From: Macrostomum lignano
Lineage: Eukaryota
DNA: 57,415 bases
Direction of reading: 5' to 3'
Assembly (NCBI GenBank): GCA_002269645.1
Contig: NIVC01003190.1
Coordinates: forward strand, 1-57,415
Below are positions 9,901 to 24,900 of this stretch, in pieces. The position numbers and the translations under genes are program-made. The stretch's first letter is position 1, and the number at the start of each line of letters is the position of its first letter. The notes under the pieces were generated by a model. That model made no database searches, had not been told where the DNA came from, and worked only from the letters and a program-made list of their open reading frames with translations.

Positions 9901-12900
9901 CCTGTGTCTTCAGACTGGAGATTTGAAGCACAAGGGACTCATCAGGAACGATCGTCTGCTTGCTGAGCGTTCGGTTCGCGCATACGTAAGCCTTGGTGCA
10001 GGCGTGGAGCTTGATATAGATGGTCCTGAAGTTTAGAGAATATTATTTTTTACAGTGAAATCAAACTTAATGACTGTGTTGATGAGTAAGTAGTTCAGGC
10101 GTAATGACAAGTCTGTAAAGGCAAGTTTATTAATTATTAATCGACTCACTTTCCCGGCTCCAAGAAAAATCGGTTCCGCAACGATTCAACGGATGAGTTT
10201 CGGTTGAGACTCCCAAGGGTTATATTTTCGTCTGAGCCATCAAAATCGTTCCACTGAATAGTGTTATTTCGAATTTGAACGGTCACACCCGCGTCCGACT
10301 CGTTCATCTTTGGCGCAGGAATACACGGTAGAATGTCGTCGAGCCGGTCTTCTGCGCTGCTGATGCAGAACTCTGAAAAAGCAAAACCAAAAGCGTCAAC
10401 TGTATGCCATCATAAATTATTTAAATTGCTTGATTAAAATTGATGTCGAATAGAGAAAAGTACAACAACTCTAAGTTTGGGTTTGAAGGTTACCATAGTA
10501 CTCGACGCTCTTATCAAGATTAAACCGAAGTGTTGCCCCAACTACACTCTGATCGGTTTGCATCTTGGCATCCGGTGGAGACACTTCAAAGTCGAAGTCC
10601 TTAACGCCAACCAGGCTAGCGTTGATGTTGCCGAGTTCCGGTGGGTCGGTCATCACGGTCAGTCCGATCTTGTCGTAGTACGTTGTCGCGAGTCCTGCGT
10701 TATTTACAGATCGCACGCTGACGAAATACTTGCGGCCGTTAGTCAATACAAGCTGCGAGTTTGTGCCTGAAGGTAGCGCACCGACAGATGTCCAGGGCTG
10801 CAAGTCTGTGCCTTTTGGTGCACTGCCGATCGCCCAGAAATGTTCCTACAATTGAGGTAATTATGATCGGTACGTTTTCAACATCGCACCTGCTAAGTTT
10901 CGTTATTCAGAGCAGCTTACCATGATCAAGGACTCATTGTCGCTTATGATCCAAACTGCCCGAATTTCTGTAGTCGAGGCCGTGTAGTTTGTCGGCGCAT
11001 ACGGGTATGGAGCGGTGGGGTCATTATAGAATAGAGGTGCTTCATTGTCCACCTCAGGCGGTGTTGTATCAACAAGCTGCCCGGTGCTCAGAGACACAGC
11101 AGACTGACCATTTGCAAGTGTTGCTTTGACTAAAATATAAATGAAGTAAGGGGATCATTATTGAACTTAATAGCTCGTAATTGTATGCTTAAAAATTGAA
11201 AAGCAAAACTCACCCCCAAATTGGTATGTTTCGCCATCTTTCAATTTCAGCCCAGCTAGCATCAGTCGCACCTCTGTGAAGCCATTGTCTCTGCACTTGG
11301 GGTCGCAGTGCAGATAGTCGCAGTCGTGCAAGCAAGGTATGCAGGGCTTGTACAGAACCTGCCAGTCGGACACCTGAGTCTCATTCCAGAACACTGCGCC
11401 GCTGTAGGCAACGATGGGATTCGTGCCCGCAACGAAGGCGTTGCCGTAGCGACACTTCTCACTGGTTGGCTGGGGCAACCGCAGGTCCCTCAGCTTCACC
11501 ACCGAGCGCCAGCGATCGAGCACGTTGTCCGGATCGAGCGGCGGCACGAAGTTGGCCTTGGTGTGGGCTAGCAGGGTGACCCGAGCCTGCGGAATACTAG
11601 GCAGACCAGACACCACACCAAGCATAGCGCCATCAACCTCAACTCTGGCGGTCCATTCTCTATAGCCAGTGTCCTGGGCTATGCTAAAAAGTGCAAAGTG
11701 TAGTTGTGAAACTCCGCGCTGGGATCAAAGTCGAGCGAAATCAGCTCACGGACAGCCGGAAATGAGTTGTTGTCGTGAGTGCACCAGAGCAGAATAGCGG
11801 GACTGTCGGCTGGCTCGTATAGAATCTGTAATCCGCAGGCAGAGTGGATTCGGTTGATTTCATCAAAATCGCCTTGCAGAGTATCATCCGGCAGAGGCAG
11901 AGCATTCTCAATCAGCTTTGAGCCTGGGGCTCGTGTTGGTCTCGGGGTTGGTGGCGGCTGGCTGAGGTCCCTGCTCATATTTACCCTTAGGTAGTCCAAA
12001 AATTCCGGAGAGCATCCTTCGCAAAGATCGCTGCAGTTCGGAAATCGAATGGGGTCAGGGAAGACGCAGCAACTGCAGGTGTATTGAGACCAGTCTTCTT
12101 CAGGAACATAGTCGATGTCTCCAACTACGCCAGATGGGCCATTCCACAAAACCAGGCTGGTAACCACGCGACTGGAATTCGCCACCTGAGCTTTGAAGCT
12201 GTAGGAGGCACCAATGCCCAGATGTGAGTCCGCTTGTATGGCTCCAGATAGCACTCTTGCTGATGATAGATCGCGCTCCAGGTGCAGGTCCCAATCAGCA
12301 CCACCTTGACCAATTGGCGACGCCAAGTCATGGCGGAACCGCAAGCTCCACCACTCGTCCACATTCCAGAGCCCGGCTGTGTTAAGAGTTTGCCACTCAG
12401 TTCTACTGGGACTTCTGAGCGGGCAAGGATCAGCTGATGCCTTGGGGAAGTGCAGCAGCGTTGCGCGGAGGGAGTCAGACCTGCCGGAGTATTCTGCGTC
12501 CTCTGTAAAGTTCGAACCATCCGTGACGAAGCCCGCTGTTGGCATAGATATGTCCAGTAGGATTGGAGTTGTGCGGTGTCGTGTTATGAGCTCGGCTCGA
12601 TTTTCAGCCTCAATTGTTACAATATAGGGAACTCCAGGTTGCAGATCCAGATCTCGGAAGGTCACTTCGCTGATGGAAGCGGTGTCGTTGATTTTGACAG
12701 ATGCTTCCAGCCCAGTGATATCAGCGACCGCCGTGAGGTTCTTCAACTCGGATGGTGCACAGCCCTTTGCTCTCCAAAGTTGCAGCTTGATGTGCGACAG
12801 ACCTGAATCTGAGTCTTCGAAGCCTCGCCACTTGACATGCAGTGCGCCAGCCTCCAGAGAGAATGACAGTTTCTGAAAAGAGGGACTTAACACAGCCATC

Positions 12901-15900
12901 AGATGGTTTAACCGGAAATCAATTTAAGTTTGAGCTTACCATGTCGTAGAATGGACCAGCAGTGACTTCTCCCTTAGACGGCGGATTGTTGTCAAACATG
13001 AAGCTGGCGACTGTTCCGTTGCATTCTCCGGCCTCGTCCAAACCAATCACCATTGCGTAAAGAGTTTCCGCCTGCTCCAGCTCTAGATCTGTCAGCTTCA
13101 CCATTGTGTCTGTGCTCACCGAGCTTAGAGGATTCACGTTGAATGTGAAATTATACAGCTCACCTGTGCTATCTTTGTCGTACAGCTAAAAGATGAAGTT
13201 ATTTTAGTTTGAGTATAAGTATAATATTTAATAAAATTTGTGTATAATTCGCATGTACTTGTAATACGGACACTGAATTGCTTCTTGCACTCACAATTTC
13301 TTTGCAATCAAAATCGGATGGAATCGGCATATTTGAAATTCCTGTAAAGTAAGACACAATTTCCAGTTCCTGCTTTTCATTTAGAGCGGATGTAAACTTG
13401 TTCCATGAGTATCGCAGGTTGTAGTGTTCGGAATTTGATTCGGAAACTTCTGCCGCATTCGCAGTGCTGACAAACCGCGGGATATTGACATCCGCCTCTG
13501 GAATAAAAATAATTTTTATTTGCCATATACTGCAATAGCAGCAAATAGTTTTGATAAATGAATTGTTACAAACTTACTGAACACAGTCGAGTCATAGCCC
13601 ACTCTTATACCAGACGAAGTTACTTCGGCTGTAGCGAATCCTTTTGAGTAGGCGCGAACTGTGGCATAGTAGATTCCCTTGATGGGTACGAGGTCCAGAT
13701 CGTAAGCAGTAAAGGTCTTGTTCTGGCCCACATTAACAAACGGCAGTACGTTGTCTCTGGTCTTGGGATAGCGCCGGTCTGTTCCGAAAGCGACTTCATA
13801 GTAATCAATAGCCTGCCTCTGCCCGAGCTTGTCCACCGAATTCGAGCCTCCATTAGGATTAATCAGTATCGTATCGTTTCCGAAACCCATCCAGTTGCAG
13901 GAGAGCTGCGTGTAGGACTTCTGCTTGTGGAGGTCGATGCCTGCAATGGAGCCATCGAAGACGTGGCCTGGAATGATGGGCTCAAGGCGAATCACTACGC
14001 CGGATGAACGGACAGTGATGATGTGACTAGAGCAGTCGTGCCACTGACAATGGCAAAGTACGTCTCTCCGTTCTGCAAATTCAGTCCTGTGTGGCTGCCT
14101 CTTGTAAGCGCTGAAAATTGACAAACCGGAAAGATAGTTTTACTGCTTCCCTGGGAATCGAAGCAGGCAGTAAAAATGAGCAAAAATAATAAATTGGAAA
14201 AGAGAATAAAATTAATAATTGGAAATGGCAGCTTAATACGAGCGCACAAGCAATAACTTTTGCAGGAGGATTTGCGGAAACCCCAGCGCAACGTCTTTGG
14301 TGACATTGTCTCACTAAATTCACCTGCTGCCAGCTTTTGTGCACAAGCCTCAAATTAATGTGGCCGCGCAAATCGAACCGGGGGCGTGATGCGAGAGTCA
14401 AACGTGTTTATGGCTGAATTGCTCTGCCCCTGAGATGACAACTTACTCCCAACACTCGTGAAGTTCTGCACAACTAGGCCGTCAAGGCGCTCAAAGTAGA
14501 GCTGGTAGTCAATAACTGGACATGGCTCGCCGCTGAAATCCCACCAGGCACTCAGCTGCTCCACGCTTGTTTGGAAGTCCCTGAAAATCAAGATTGATTT
14601 TAAACAAATGCTTCATCTTTAAGTTGCGCATATTTGCATTCTAATGCACAAATAAAAATTCAATTTCCTCACATGTCCTTCCCCACGTGGTCACCATCGT
14701 TTATCGTGATGGGCTGATGAAATCCGAGGTCAGAACCTACTCTGCTGATGAAGACACCGCTGGAGATGACAGTGGAAAAGTGCTCAGCTCCGTTGTAGCC
14801 CTTCAGCACCGCGAACAGTCTCTTGTAAATGTCCAGTCGAATTCCAGTGAAAGTGTACGTGGTTGAGTCCGCAGGTATCGTCGTGAACTCCATCACCTGC
14901 GTTGCTCCGGGTGTGGTGCCCAGTCCTATCTCGTAGCTGAAGAAGATTGGTTTAATTGCTTAGTCTCTTCTAGGAAATTTTAACAAAGCTTTTAAGCTTT
15001 TGAGCTTTTAACAAACTCATTGCTCATCTTACCGAGATATACCACTCTCAGGATCCTGGAACGGAACCCAGGTCACAGCCAGAGTGTCCAAGCCAAGATG
15101 GCACGTGACGTCCATTTTCATGCAGCTTTCGGCATCGGTGCATTTGGAGCTGTCATGAGCTTGAATGGTACCGTTAATCAGTTGCACTCTGTCGGACAGC
15201 TCAACGATCACTGAGTGCTCAGGTGGTGTGTCATCGATGATGATTGCTTTGGAGTAAATCTTTGTTGAATATTTGACTTTGTTGTAGGCAATCAGAGTAA
15301 CAAAGTAGTTCTTGTTGTGCTCCATGATCGCTGCGAATTCGCTTGCTGTAAAGGCGCAAGGTGGTTTTCCAGCTGACCAACAGTTTTCTATGCTGGGGAA
15401 ATTTGGGTCAATTCCCCGTACACATAGCTAGCAACCTGCCTTGAGTCCCTAGCAGGAGCAAAAGGCTTGCTTGCCGCATGTAAATGAGTTCCTTAATCTG
15501 TGCTATATGACATGCTCCTGTCCATACTAAGCATGGCAAAGTGACAGTGCTGTCGAGAAGCTAAAGTTTTCTAATAAATTAGGGGTACGTCTCCAACAAG
15601 ATGTGATCTTTATGCTGAATTCCGAGGCATTCTTGCCCCGAAGAATCTCCGCGTCATAAGCAATATAAATAATTTTTGCTTACGGTGAACCGTGAACGAA
15701 GTCGCATCTCCGCTGACATTCTTGCCCAAAAGGATTTCCGCTCGCCCCTCAGCTTCGCCGATCATAATCGAATAGTAATCAATTTCACTCTCGGGGTCCC
15801 GGACATCGTCCCAGCTACAGGTAAGAGTGCTGAAAGACTGCATGAGAGATAGCGGTAAATAAAAACTAAGTCGCTCACAGAAATTATTGAAATAAAAAAT

Positions 15901-18900
15901 TCTACCTTCGTAAACTGCGGGCAGTGCAGAGTTCCCTCAGATGGCGGTGAGGAGTCGAATACTACTGCGGCAGAAGACGTAACGTTTTTCTGACCGAGCG
16001 AGTTCTCTACGATGGCTGTGAATATGTTGGGCTGTCCGTCGGGCAGCGGGTGCACCCTGTCATCCGCAGTGACTCCAGCCAGCTCTCGGGCTCCCAGATC
16101 GATTCTCTCACGCCGGAACATCGAATCCCCGTATGGATGCTCGCCGTACATTACCGAGGCGAATGCTGCTTCGCTCTCTGAGTCTCGGAACTCAAACTGG
16201 GCAGTGAGTGAGTCCACCGTCTCGGAATAAATCGAGGCAGCCGTTTCGATGGATCCGTCAGGCAATCCCAGGTTGGTGATTTTAACGAATGGTGGTGTCC
16301 GGTCTACAGTGATGCCATCAGAGCTGGCCTCTAGAATGTATCCAGCATTCGTCACGCCGCGAACTGTGCAGAAGTACTTTCGTCCATGCTCTAAACGGAT
16401 CGGTACCTGAGCGTGGCCAGCCGACGGAAGTCCTTCATGCTCCGCATCATCTGAGTTGACGAAATCTTCTTTTTCATCGTGCAGAACAATGCCGACGCGA
16501 GTGTATCGCTGCACATTCTCCGACATCGGCCGTGACCCGATCGCCCATTCATAGTGATTGATTCCGTAAAGAGGGCTTCGGAAGCCTTCAAACTGGCAAG
16601 TGAGCGATCGGGAGCTGGACTGGTACCTGGCATTCACTCTGGGTTCATCACCATCCATCAGATAGCCGGGGGTATCCTGGCCCACCACCATTATAGGCGT
16701 TGATGTCACCATGGCGCTTCTCAAACCGGCTCCGTTGATAGCGTAGGTACTCACATAGTAGACTGGAGTTCGAGTCTTGGTGTCTGTCTCATTCAGCTCA
16801 ACGTCAAGCGACAGCCTTCCAGAATTCAGCCGCGACATGCTTGTCCAATTAAGTATGTTCGCATACCCTATAATTTCACCAGGCTCGAAATAAGGATCCG
16901 AAACAAAACAACAAAACACCGAATTTTAACTTGAAAAAAATCGGATTCTTACCAGGTTGATCTCCCACTGCCACAAAGTACTCGTAAATGTTGGACTCCG
17001 GATCCTCTGCGTGCCACCAGCCCTTGATTCCTGTCCTGTCCGCCTGTCGCACATATCCGCCCTGAGCTTGCTCCAGCTCTCCGGGCGAGACGTCCACCTT
17101 CACCCAGTACATAACTGGAGGTGTGTTGTCAATGATTACTCCATTGGTCTCTTGCACCTGCCTTAGGAGGGCTCCGTTTTGGCCGACAATCTTAACAAAG
17201 TAGCGACCTCCTAATTTGAGCCGCAAGTTACTGTGCTCAATGTGGGTAGTATTGGGCAGAAGTTCGTGACTCCAGTCATGCTCTTTTACTAAAATTTTAA
17301 AATATTAGTCCAAAGTTTAGAAAACATGTTTCGTATTTTAGACTAATGGTCTTAATTTTATACAGCTTAAAAACATGTTTAGAGTCTTACCTGGGTAGAT
17401 TTGGTGCTTCGTTCCGTGCGATTGCTCAAAAATCTGGTAGCGATAATGCGTGACTCCAGACTCTGGGTCGTTGTAGTCCCAGTTCGCCGAAATTGTGTCC
17501 AAGGAAGACTGGTACTCGACATCTTTGGTAACGTCGAGTCCATCGTACAGCCGGTTTACAACTGGCTTAGTCAGATCGATCAGAACACCTGATGTTGCCG
17601 TAATGTTAGAGTTTTCTGCCCTGTTGGTAACCTGAATCTGAACTCTGACCAAGTCTTTGTGCAGGAAATGGAAATGATTCCACTGAATGCTGGTCTGATT
17701 AGGCTGCAGCATTCTTCCTGTTTTTGCTGAAACCCATTCTCCAAGTCCAGGATTGAACTTCTGCACGGTCACGACGAATTCCTTGATGTCGGACTCAGGG
17801 TCAGAAAATCCTTTCCACTGGGCGCTTACAGAGGCTGCATTTGAGGAGTACTCAAGATCGGAGAAGTCCGAGGCCAGACCGTCAACAATTTCTCCAACAA
17901 TGGGATAAGTGAGGTCGCAAAGTATGCCACTGCTTGATGCGTTCACTGACAGCTCCCTGTGGCCGTAGTGCACTGCCGTGATGACACTGCGATAGCGCGT
18001 GTTGTGCTGCAGCTCCTGGCCGCCAGCGAGGCTCGAATCCATGCACAGCATTTGCTTGTGGCTGTCAACAAATTCAACCCGATATATCTCATCGTCTTCC
18101 TGGAACAGCTGCCAATGGTAGTACGCGATTCCTGACTCGTCGTCTCTGAAGTCGAACCAATTGACGCACATGCGGTCCGATTTTCCAACAAAATCGGCGT
18201 CGTGCTTGAATTCGCTGCCGTCTAGCACGGGGCCAGCGATTGGTGGCGACAGATCGATCAAAATGGGCCGGTCAGCGTGCTGCACTGTGCTGAGATTTAC
18301 GCTGTTTTCAGCTCGCAGGATGACCCACACCGGCACGCCGTCTGGCAGTCTGTGGGTCATGGCAAACGAGTCAGCGAACTCTAGTACGTCCTTCTCAAAC
18401 TCAGGAGTACCCATGAAGGGCATGGGTCGGAATTCTAAAATCATGGTGTCGAATTTCGTACGCCCCAAGCCAATGTCGAATTCCTTGATTCCTGAGTGCG
18501 GATCTCTGAAATTTTAAAACAGAATTGTTTGTGTTACAATGTAAGTGCGTTTAGCATTGACAGAAACGATTAATTCGGCAGAAAATAAAAAAGGCGCTCA
18601 CGAAAAGTTGTAGTGACCGGTGAGCTCTAAAATTTCGTCTTCGAACGTTATGTCTGTTAGGTGATGAACCAGAGGCGGCGAGTTATCGACTACAATGGGC
18701 CTCCAGTGGCACAGCGTGAGCGTCATCGGACCACCAAATTCGACCTTGTTCGTTGCCCTCACTGTTGAGTAGTACTTCCCATCCGGGAGACCGTTCTCTT
18801 TGTAAGCAGGGTTGGGGATCGGGTGTATACTGCCGATGTGGGTCCACTGTGATTCGTGACCCAGGTGAGCATGCGGATCTCCGTAGCCCAGGCTGATGTC

Positions 18901-21900
18901 TGTACCGCATACATCCGTTCCTGCCGCCCAGGTGATGCCGAAAATTGAAGTCTCATTGTCGTGCAAGCCATCCCAGTTGGCCGACATGAATTCATTGGCG
19001 CGAGTCCACCTGACATCTATCAGGCGGTCGTGTCCATTGAATAATGTCGTTGAGCCTCTGCCATCGATGATCCTTCGGTGGTTGTTCAGATCCGTTTCAA
19101 ACTCTGTGCGAACAACATTGTTAGCGTCCTGCGGCTTCACTGGACCGCACCTGTCCCACCACTTTTTAATGATCTTTTCTCGGCACACTGTGTAAACTAT
19201 TTCTACAAGGGATGCATTCGCGATAAAGCCTGGGTGAGGCGGGTCGAAGTCTGTCAAAATCGGCTGCGACGATAAAATTGAAGAATAGCCCAGGATGTTT
19301 TTAACGAACAGATTGACAAAGTGAATGTTATTGTGCTGCAGAGTGAAGCCACTCTGAAAAAAGTTCACAGAGTGCCCAACTGATTTCCGTTCGTAGTAGG
19401 CAAAGCTGTCACTCTCGGATAGTTTCAAGCGATGCCCCACAATGTCGTGTGTCAGTTCGCAAACTTTGTTGACCGCTGGAAAAGAAAAAGTTAAATGAAA
19501 AATTTTCACTTGCAGAGTTGTGCGCTTTGCTAAATCAACTACTTACAGTGGTAGTTGAAGGCTCTGCACTTGTCGCCCTGCTTAAGGCAATCTTCAGCGC
19601 AGAGAAAACTGACGTGAATGTTGGTCCTGGTCAGATAAACTCCGCTGGCAAGGCGGCCATGCTTTGGCGCAGAGAAATGGTTCAAATGGTAGCCGTCTGA
19701 AAGTTGATAATAAAATATGAATATAGCCTTAGTGCTCATTATACTCGTCCTACTCTATGAATATCGTTGTTTAAAAAGTTTACCATTAATGTTGTCATCC
19801 TTGTTCAGGTCTAGCTTCTTCCAGAAGGTGTGGCTCTCTCCACCCGCATCGACACCCAGCCCGACTGCGACTTTGGTATCAATTATCTCCGAGTCATCGC
19901 TCGCTACTACAAAAGCAGACAGAACTTTGGTATTGCTGGTGCTCCTAAAGTCTTCTTGGACTCGGCCTCGCGGCAAGGTTGTATCGTAGGTGGGAAGATC
20001 GCAGGTAGCATGAATTGTATCTCCTTGATTATTAGAGACATGCACCGTGAAATAGAGAGGTATGCTGTGCGGAAGAACCTGCATAGGAATTGTATAATTT
20101 TTGTCAGCGTGCTGTGTACGAGAGAGAAGAATCGGGCATAAAATATGTATAACAACGCACCCGGGCAATGATTGCAGATGGTCCTTTAAATTCATCATGT
20201 CGGACAATATCGGTCAAGCCCTTTGCCGTGCCAACGCTGTAGGTCATTTTCAATACGCTGACATCGTCCTCGGCCTGAATCTCGAGCAGGAAGGCCGGAT
20301 CCATGACGTCTCTGCCTCGCAGCTGCAGAACTCTGCAATGTCGAGTTTCCCTGCCGACAGCAAAGGCACTGTCCGGTGTTGATTCCATTTCGGTGATCCG
20401 CGGTGGCGTGTCGTCCGGCTTGCCTGTCCGCACGTTCAGGATGTTTTTCGAAATCTTCGGAGCAGAGTACTTCCAGATGGCAGCTTTGAAGAATACTTTT
20501 CTGAAGTCAAAAGTTTATTTGAGATGAAACATACTTTTGGCGCTGTAGCCACTGACGTCTACTTTTTCAATCAGTCCCATAGTTTCAGCCAACGCTCTAA
20601 TCTATGCATAGCTTCCTAATTCTGTACAGGCGTCTGCTTGCCAACGATCACGCTCAAGGTAAAGGAGTTACCAATACAATATTTTTACCTGATTCTTATG
20701 AACTTCAGGTTCAACTCGAGCTTCACAATAGCATCCAGTTGTAGTCGCAGAGGAACCAATTCTACATCCAACGTGAGTCCAACGTCCAGAGGAAACTTGC
20801 TGAATCCGATCTCAGCCCTGGTTGGGAAACGGGTCTCCATGATGTATCCCGTCAGTTCTGCTCCGCCGCAAAGGAAGAAGCAGATGTACACGCCACCGAC
20901 AGCCTATAGAAAAAATTTAAAGATTAGTAGGCGAAATATTAAAAAATTGAGCGAAACATTGTAAAAATCTAGTCGTACTTTGGCTCCGAGCTTCGGTGTG
21001 GCCGTTGCTGCGGCGGTCATTGACAATATCTTTAGCTCAAGCTTTATTTCGATCGTAAAGAATCCACCGGCACTGAAGTAAAACGTTACAGGCACGAAGC
21101 CACCAATAACAAAAGTCCACGATTCAGTGAAGAACGTAACGTATTGATCATATAGAGTAAATTTTCCGCTTAAAGTGATGTCAAATGACTTGAAAAGTTC
21201 GCTGTTAAATCCTCCTGAGATGGCTGTATCAAATAACTCTTCGATCTGGAAGTTTAGGCATCATAATATTTGCAACATGCAGTTCAGCAGAAAGACAAAT
21301 ATATGGAAATATAGGGAAATATTTCCCTAAACGTAAAGTTCTTACCATTTGAGTTACAAGCAAGGAAAAATCTTTCACTAGAAGATAAACCTCCAGCGGG
21401 TCGACATTCTTAGTGTTTATTAACGCGGCGAGATCAAAGACTGTCATATTTCCTATCAAGTACGCCAAATCTGCAAGTCCCTGTTTGGAAAATCCCTGTC
21501 CAGGTACGTACACACCGCCCTGCAGTGCATTTCCTGCGTTGGATGAAGCCTTGAGAAGCACGGCGCGAATGTGCTCAACACCCTTCTTGAAGTTTGTCTC
21601 GAGATCTTCTCCACCGATTTGAATTGCAAACCTGTGCGGATTCATGCGAAGCATGGCTCCAGTACGAATGGAACTTCCTGCGCTGTCGCGCAAGTCCTGC
21701 TGAACTCGCTTGTCATCCTCGGGTGACGGCATGCTGATTCCCAAGCTAGCCGCTTTGCGCATTACTATTTCCTGCATGCGCTGATTCACTGCTTCAAAGC
21801 CCAGGTGAGACCACTGTTCCAGTAAGTCTGACTGGCCGCTGACATCTCTGAGCATTTCAGTTACCGGATCCATCTGGTCGTTCATGCCAGTGTTGAAGCC

Positions 21901-24900
21901 TTGCGCTGCCGGAGACGGAGCAGCTTGGCTTCTCTTGTTCCGACTGTGTAGCTCGGACACGTACGGGTACTGCTGCTGACCGTTGAAACTCTCCTCTATA
22001 ATGCTGTTATCGTCAAGGTCGGGACTGGTCCAGTTTCCTCTAAACTTGCTCTGGCAGCCAGGAGGAACCGGAACGAGAGTCATGTTTACTACCTGGTACT
22101 CAAACTGATTGGCACTTGCAGACTCAGGCAAAGTAAAATAGAAGTGCAGATCCACCTGATAGGCAACTATATCATCTCCTTGAATCGGCTCCCACAGCCC
22201 AGGCACAATGGTGGGTGACGTGGCGGTCACAGCGCTCATGTAAAGATCCACAGATATTCGCTCCGTGATGTGGATATTCAAAGTTCTTCCGAAATGAAAG
22301 CCCGATAGTGAAGAGTTTAAGACGAAATTCTCAAATCCAACCTTCAGTGTATCGTTGCATGGATCGAGGTCAAAAGTAAAGAAAAAATCTCGTTTAGCTA
22401 CGTCAAGGTCGATTTCTATGCAGCATTTGATGCCAAGACAGTCGAGATTGAAGGAACACTTTGCGTCTCGATTTCTCCACAAAACGCTGTCGTTGAAGTG
22501 CGGGCAGTAGGGCGCCGGCGTCAAAATTTCGCGCTCAACAATTTGCGTTTGGTTTTCGTAGCATGTAGCGTTTGGATAGGGTGGAGCGGGAGTCGATACC
22601 GATGAGTTGTCGATGGAGCCGTTGCATGGAACTTCAACTTCAACTATGACAGTTTCGTTAACGTACTCCCTTAGCGGATATTCATCAATGGCGCACTGGC
22701 TTGACCTCAGCAGATCAGGGGACACTTTCAGTCTGTTGATAATCAAACCGCTTTCAACATCCGCCTGAGACGGGTACAGGTAAGTTCCGTTGGACAAGCA
22801 CACTGGGAACTCAAAGTTCATGTTGTTCAGGATGTCAGCTTCCATTTCACATTTGCCTAGCACACCAGCATGATCTGTGCAGAGTGATGCCGTCAGGTTC
22901 AAGATCACATGCTTGTTGTCGGGCGTTCGAGTCATTCTGTATGAAGCAGACATCCACGGACCAAACCTGAACGTTCTATGCTCGTACCACAGATCCCTTT
23001 CCAATAGTTCCTTTGAAATTGTTTGCCGCTCAAATTGATAGTTAAAGATCATCGAGCAGGGTTCAACGTACAGCTCCGAGCGGAAAGACCAGTTGCCGAC
23101 ACTCAAGTTGACAGGCAAGCAGCAGCTCACCCCGACGCAGCCTTCGGTGAACTGGCACTGAACACCCGGTGACATTGGAGGCATTGTGAGATGCGGGCAG
23201 CTGTGCTGTGGGATGCTATTAAAGTTGCACGGGTAGCTGTGCAGCAGTGTTAGCACCGTGGCATTGTCAGCCTCTGTCAGCCCCATGCGGTTCAGTAGCA
23301 GGCTGTTCGCTCTGGAGTATGTTCCGTTATTAACGTAGATCTCTTCATCCGGCCACATGAAGCCAACGTCACTGCTTTGAGTGCACAGTGGTATCTTCAT
23401 CCAGAAGGTGTCTAGTATGTTGTACCTTATAGTATCGCTTCCTACACCGATCAGCAAATCCAAGGACATAACAAACTCTTTGTAGTCGGAGGCAAGCTGC
23501 AGTTGATACTCCAACTGCACTGCTCTGCCTACTTGTTCTGTGTGCTTAGTCTCGAAATTGTATCCCAACAGCGTCTTGTTCATGCTCCACCGCTCGAATC
23601 CCAGCGACAGTTGCAGAGTACACGGCTCAACGAACATCCAAAGCTTGAAGCTATGCTTTGTTATCTTAAGATCTATTGTGTAGCAGCACTCCATGCCTGT
23701 ACAAGACTTGGTTGGTGTGCAGCGCAGATCAGCGGTGTCCGTCTCATTTCTGACGTGATCTCGACACCAAGATTCCCAAATAGATTTTTGCAGATAGTCC
23801 ACCTCGCACTGCTGGTGTACATGTCATCGAACTGAAGTCCCAGTCTATTAAGGATCAGAGTGCTCGGCACCTTGTTAAGGTCGTCCGGATTGTCCACAGG
23901 AGGCCAGATGAGTTTGCCACTGTCGCAGATCGGTAGGTAGAAGAAAGTAGGCTGCATTACTGGCATTGGTGCTTGGCAAGCTTCGCCTTCTTCGAGACAC
24001 AGAATGTAGCCGGCAGATATCAGGGCGCCGCTGCCGGAGAAGTGGCTGTTTACCTCGTAGTACAGCTTCAAAGTTGGAGACACGGCGACTTCGTGCGGTT
24101 TGTCTGCATTGGTAATAATTCAAAGTATTTTTTGTTTAAATAATTCACAATTCAGTTACTTGACACAAACAAAGATAACCTTACCGAACTCTAGAGTTAG
24201 AAACGAAGCGGTGACGTGCCACTTTTCAAAGGTGATTGTAAATTCAAACTGGCAAACGTCGATAAAAACGCTGATATGGAACGATCGGGACACTACCATG
24301 AGGTCCATGTTCTGGCAGCACACAGCTCCGACACAGCTTGACTGCAGGACGCACATTGATCTGGGATCTGCAGCCTGAACATTGACTTTGTCTCCAAACG
24401 GGCACTGTGACTTATCGGGAATCACGAGAGAGGAGTTGTAGCACTGCCTGTCCATGAGAGTGGCCGGTTCGATTTTCAGCCGGTTTACTATCAAACCGCT
24501 CACCGTGTCGACTTGGTTGGGCGACGGTACTAAAATTTCAGATTAGTATGCATAAAATTTTATTACATGAAGCCAGAAACCAGTCAGACTCTAATTAATT
24601 TTTTACCTCCAGGCCAGATCAACGTTCCGTTAATGCAGGCCGTAATGGACAGGTGCAAGTCTGTCAACACTGGAACACTATAGCAAGCTGTTTTGAGCGG
24701 GCAAACCCAAAGCTCCAGATTAAAAATGAGGTCCTTCATCTCATTGGCTAGGCCGAGTGTGTACACCAGTTTTACATTCTCCCCGATGGAGTGCTCTGTC
24801 TTTCTGGCCCATTCGAATCCCAGCAAAGATCGATTGAAGGACCACTTCTCAAACGTAAGCGCCAGTTCGTACGTGCACGGGTTCACATCGATAGAAGTTT

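Noticed and set aside
11679-11693. Programmed -1 ribosomal frameshifting as the explanation of the four breaks
   Set aside because: Only this site has a near-slippery heptamer (C UUU UUA); the other three have none, and four successive recoding events would yield negligible full-length protein.
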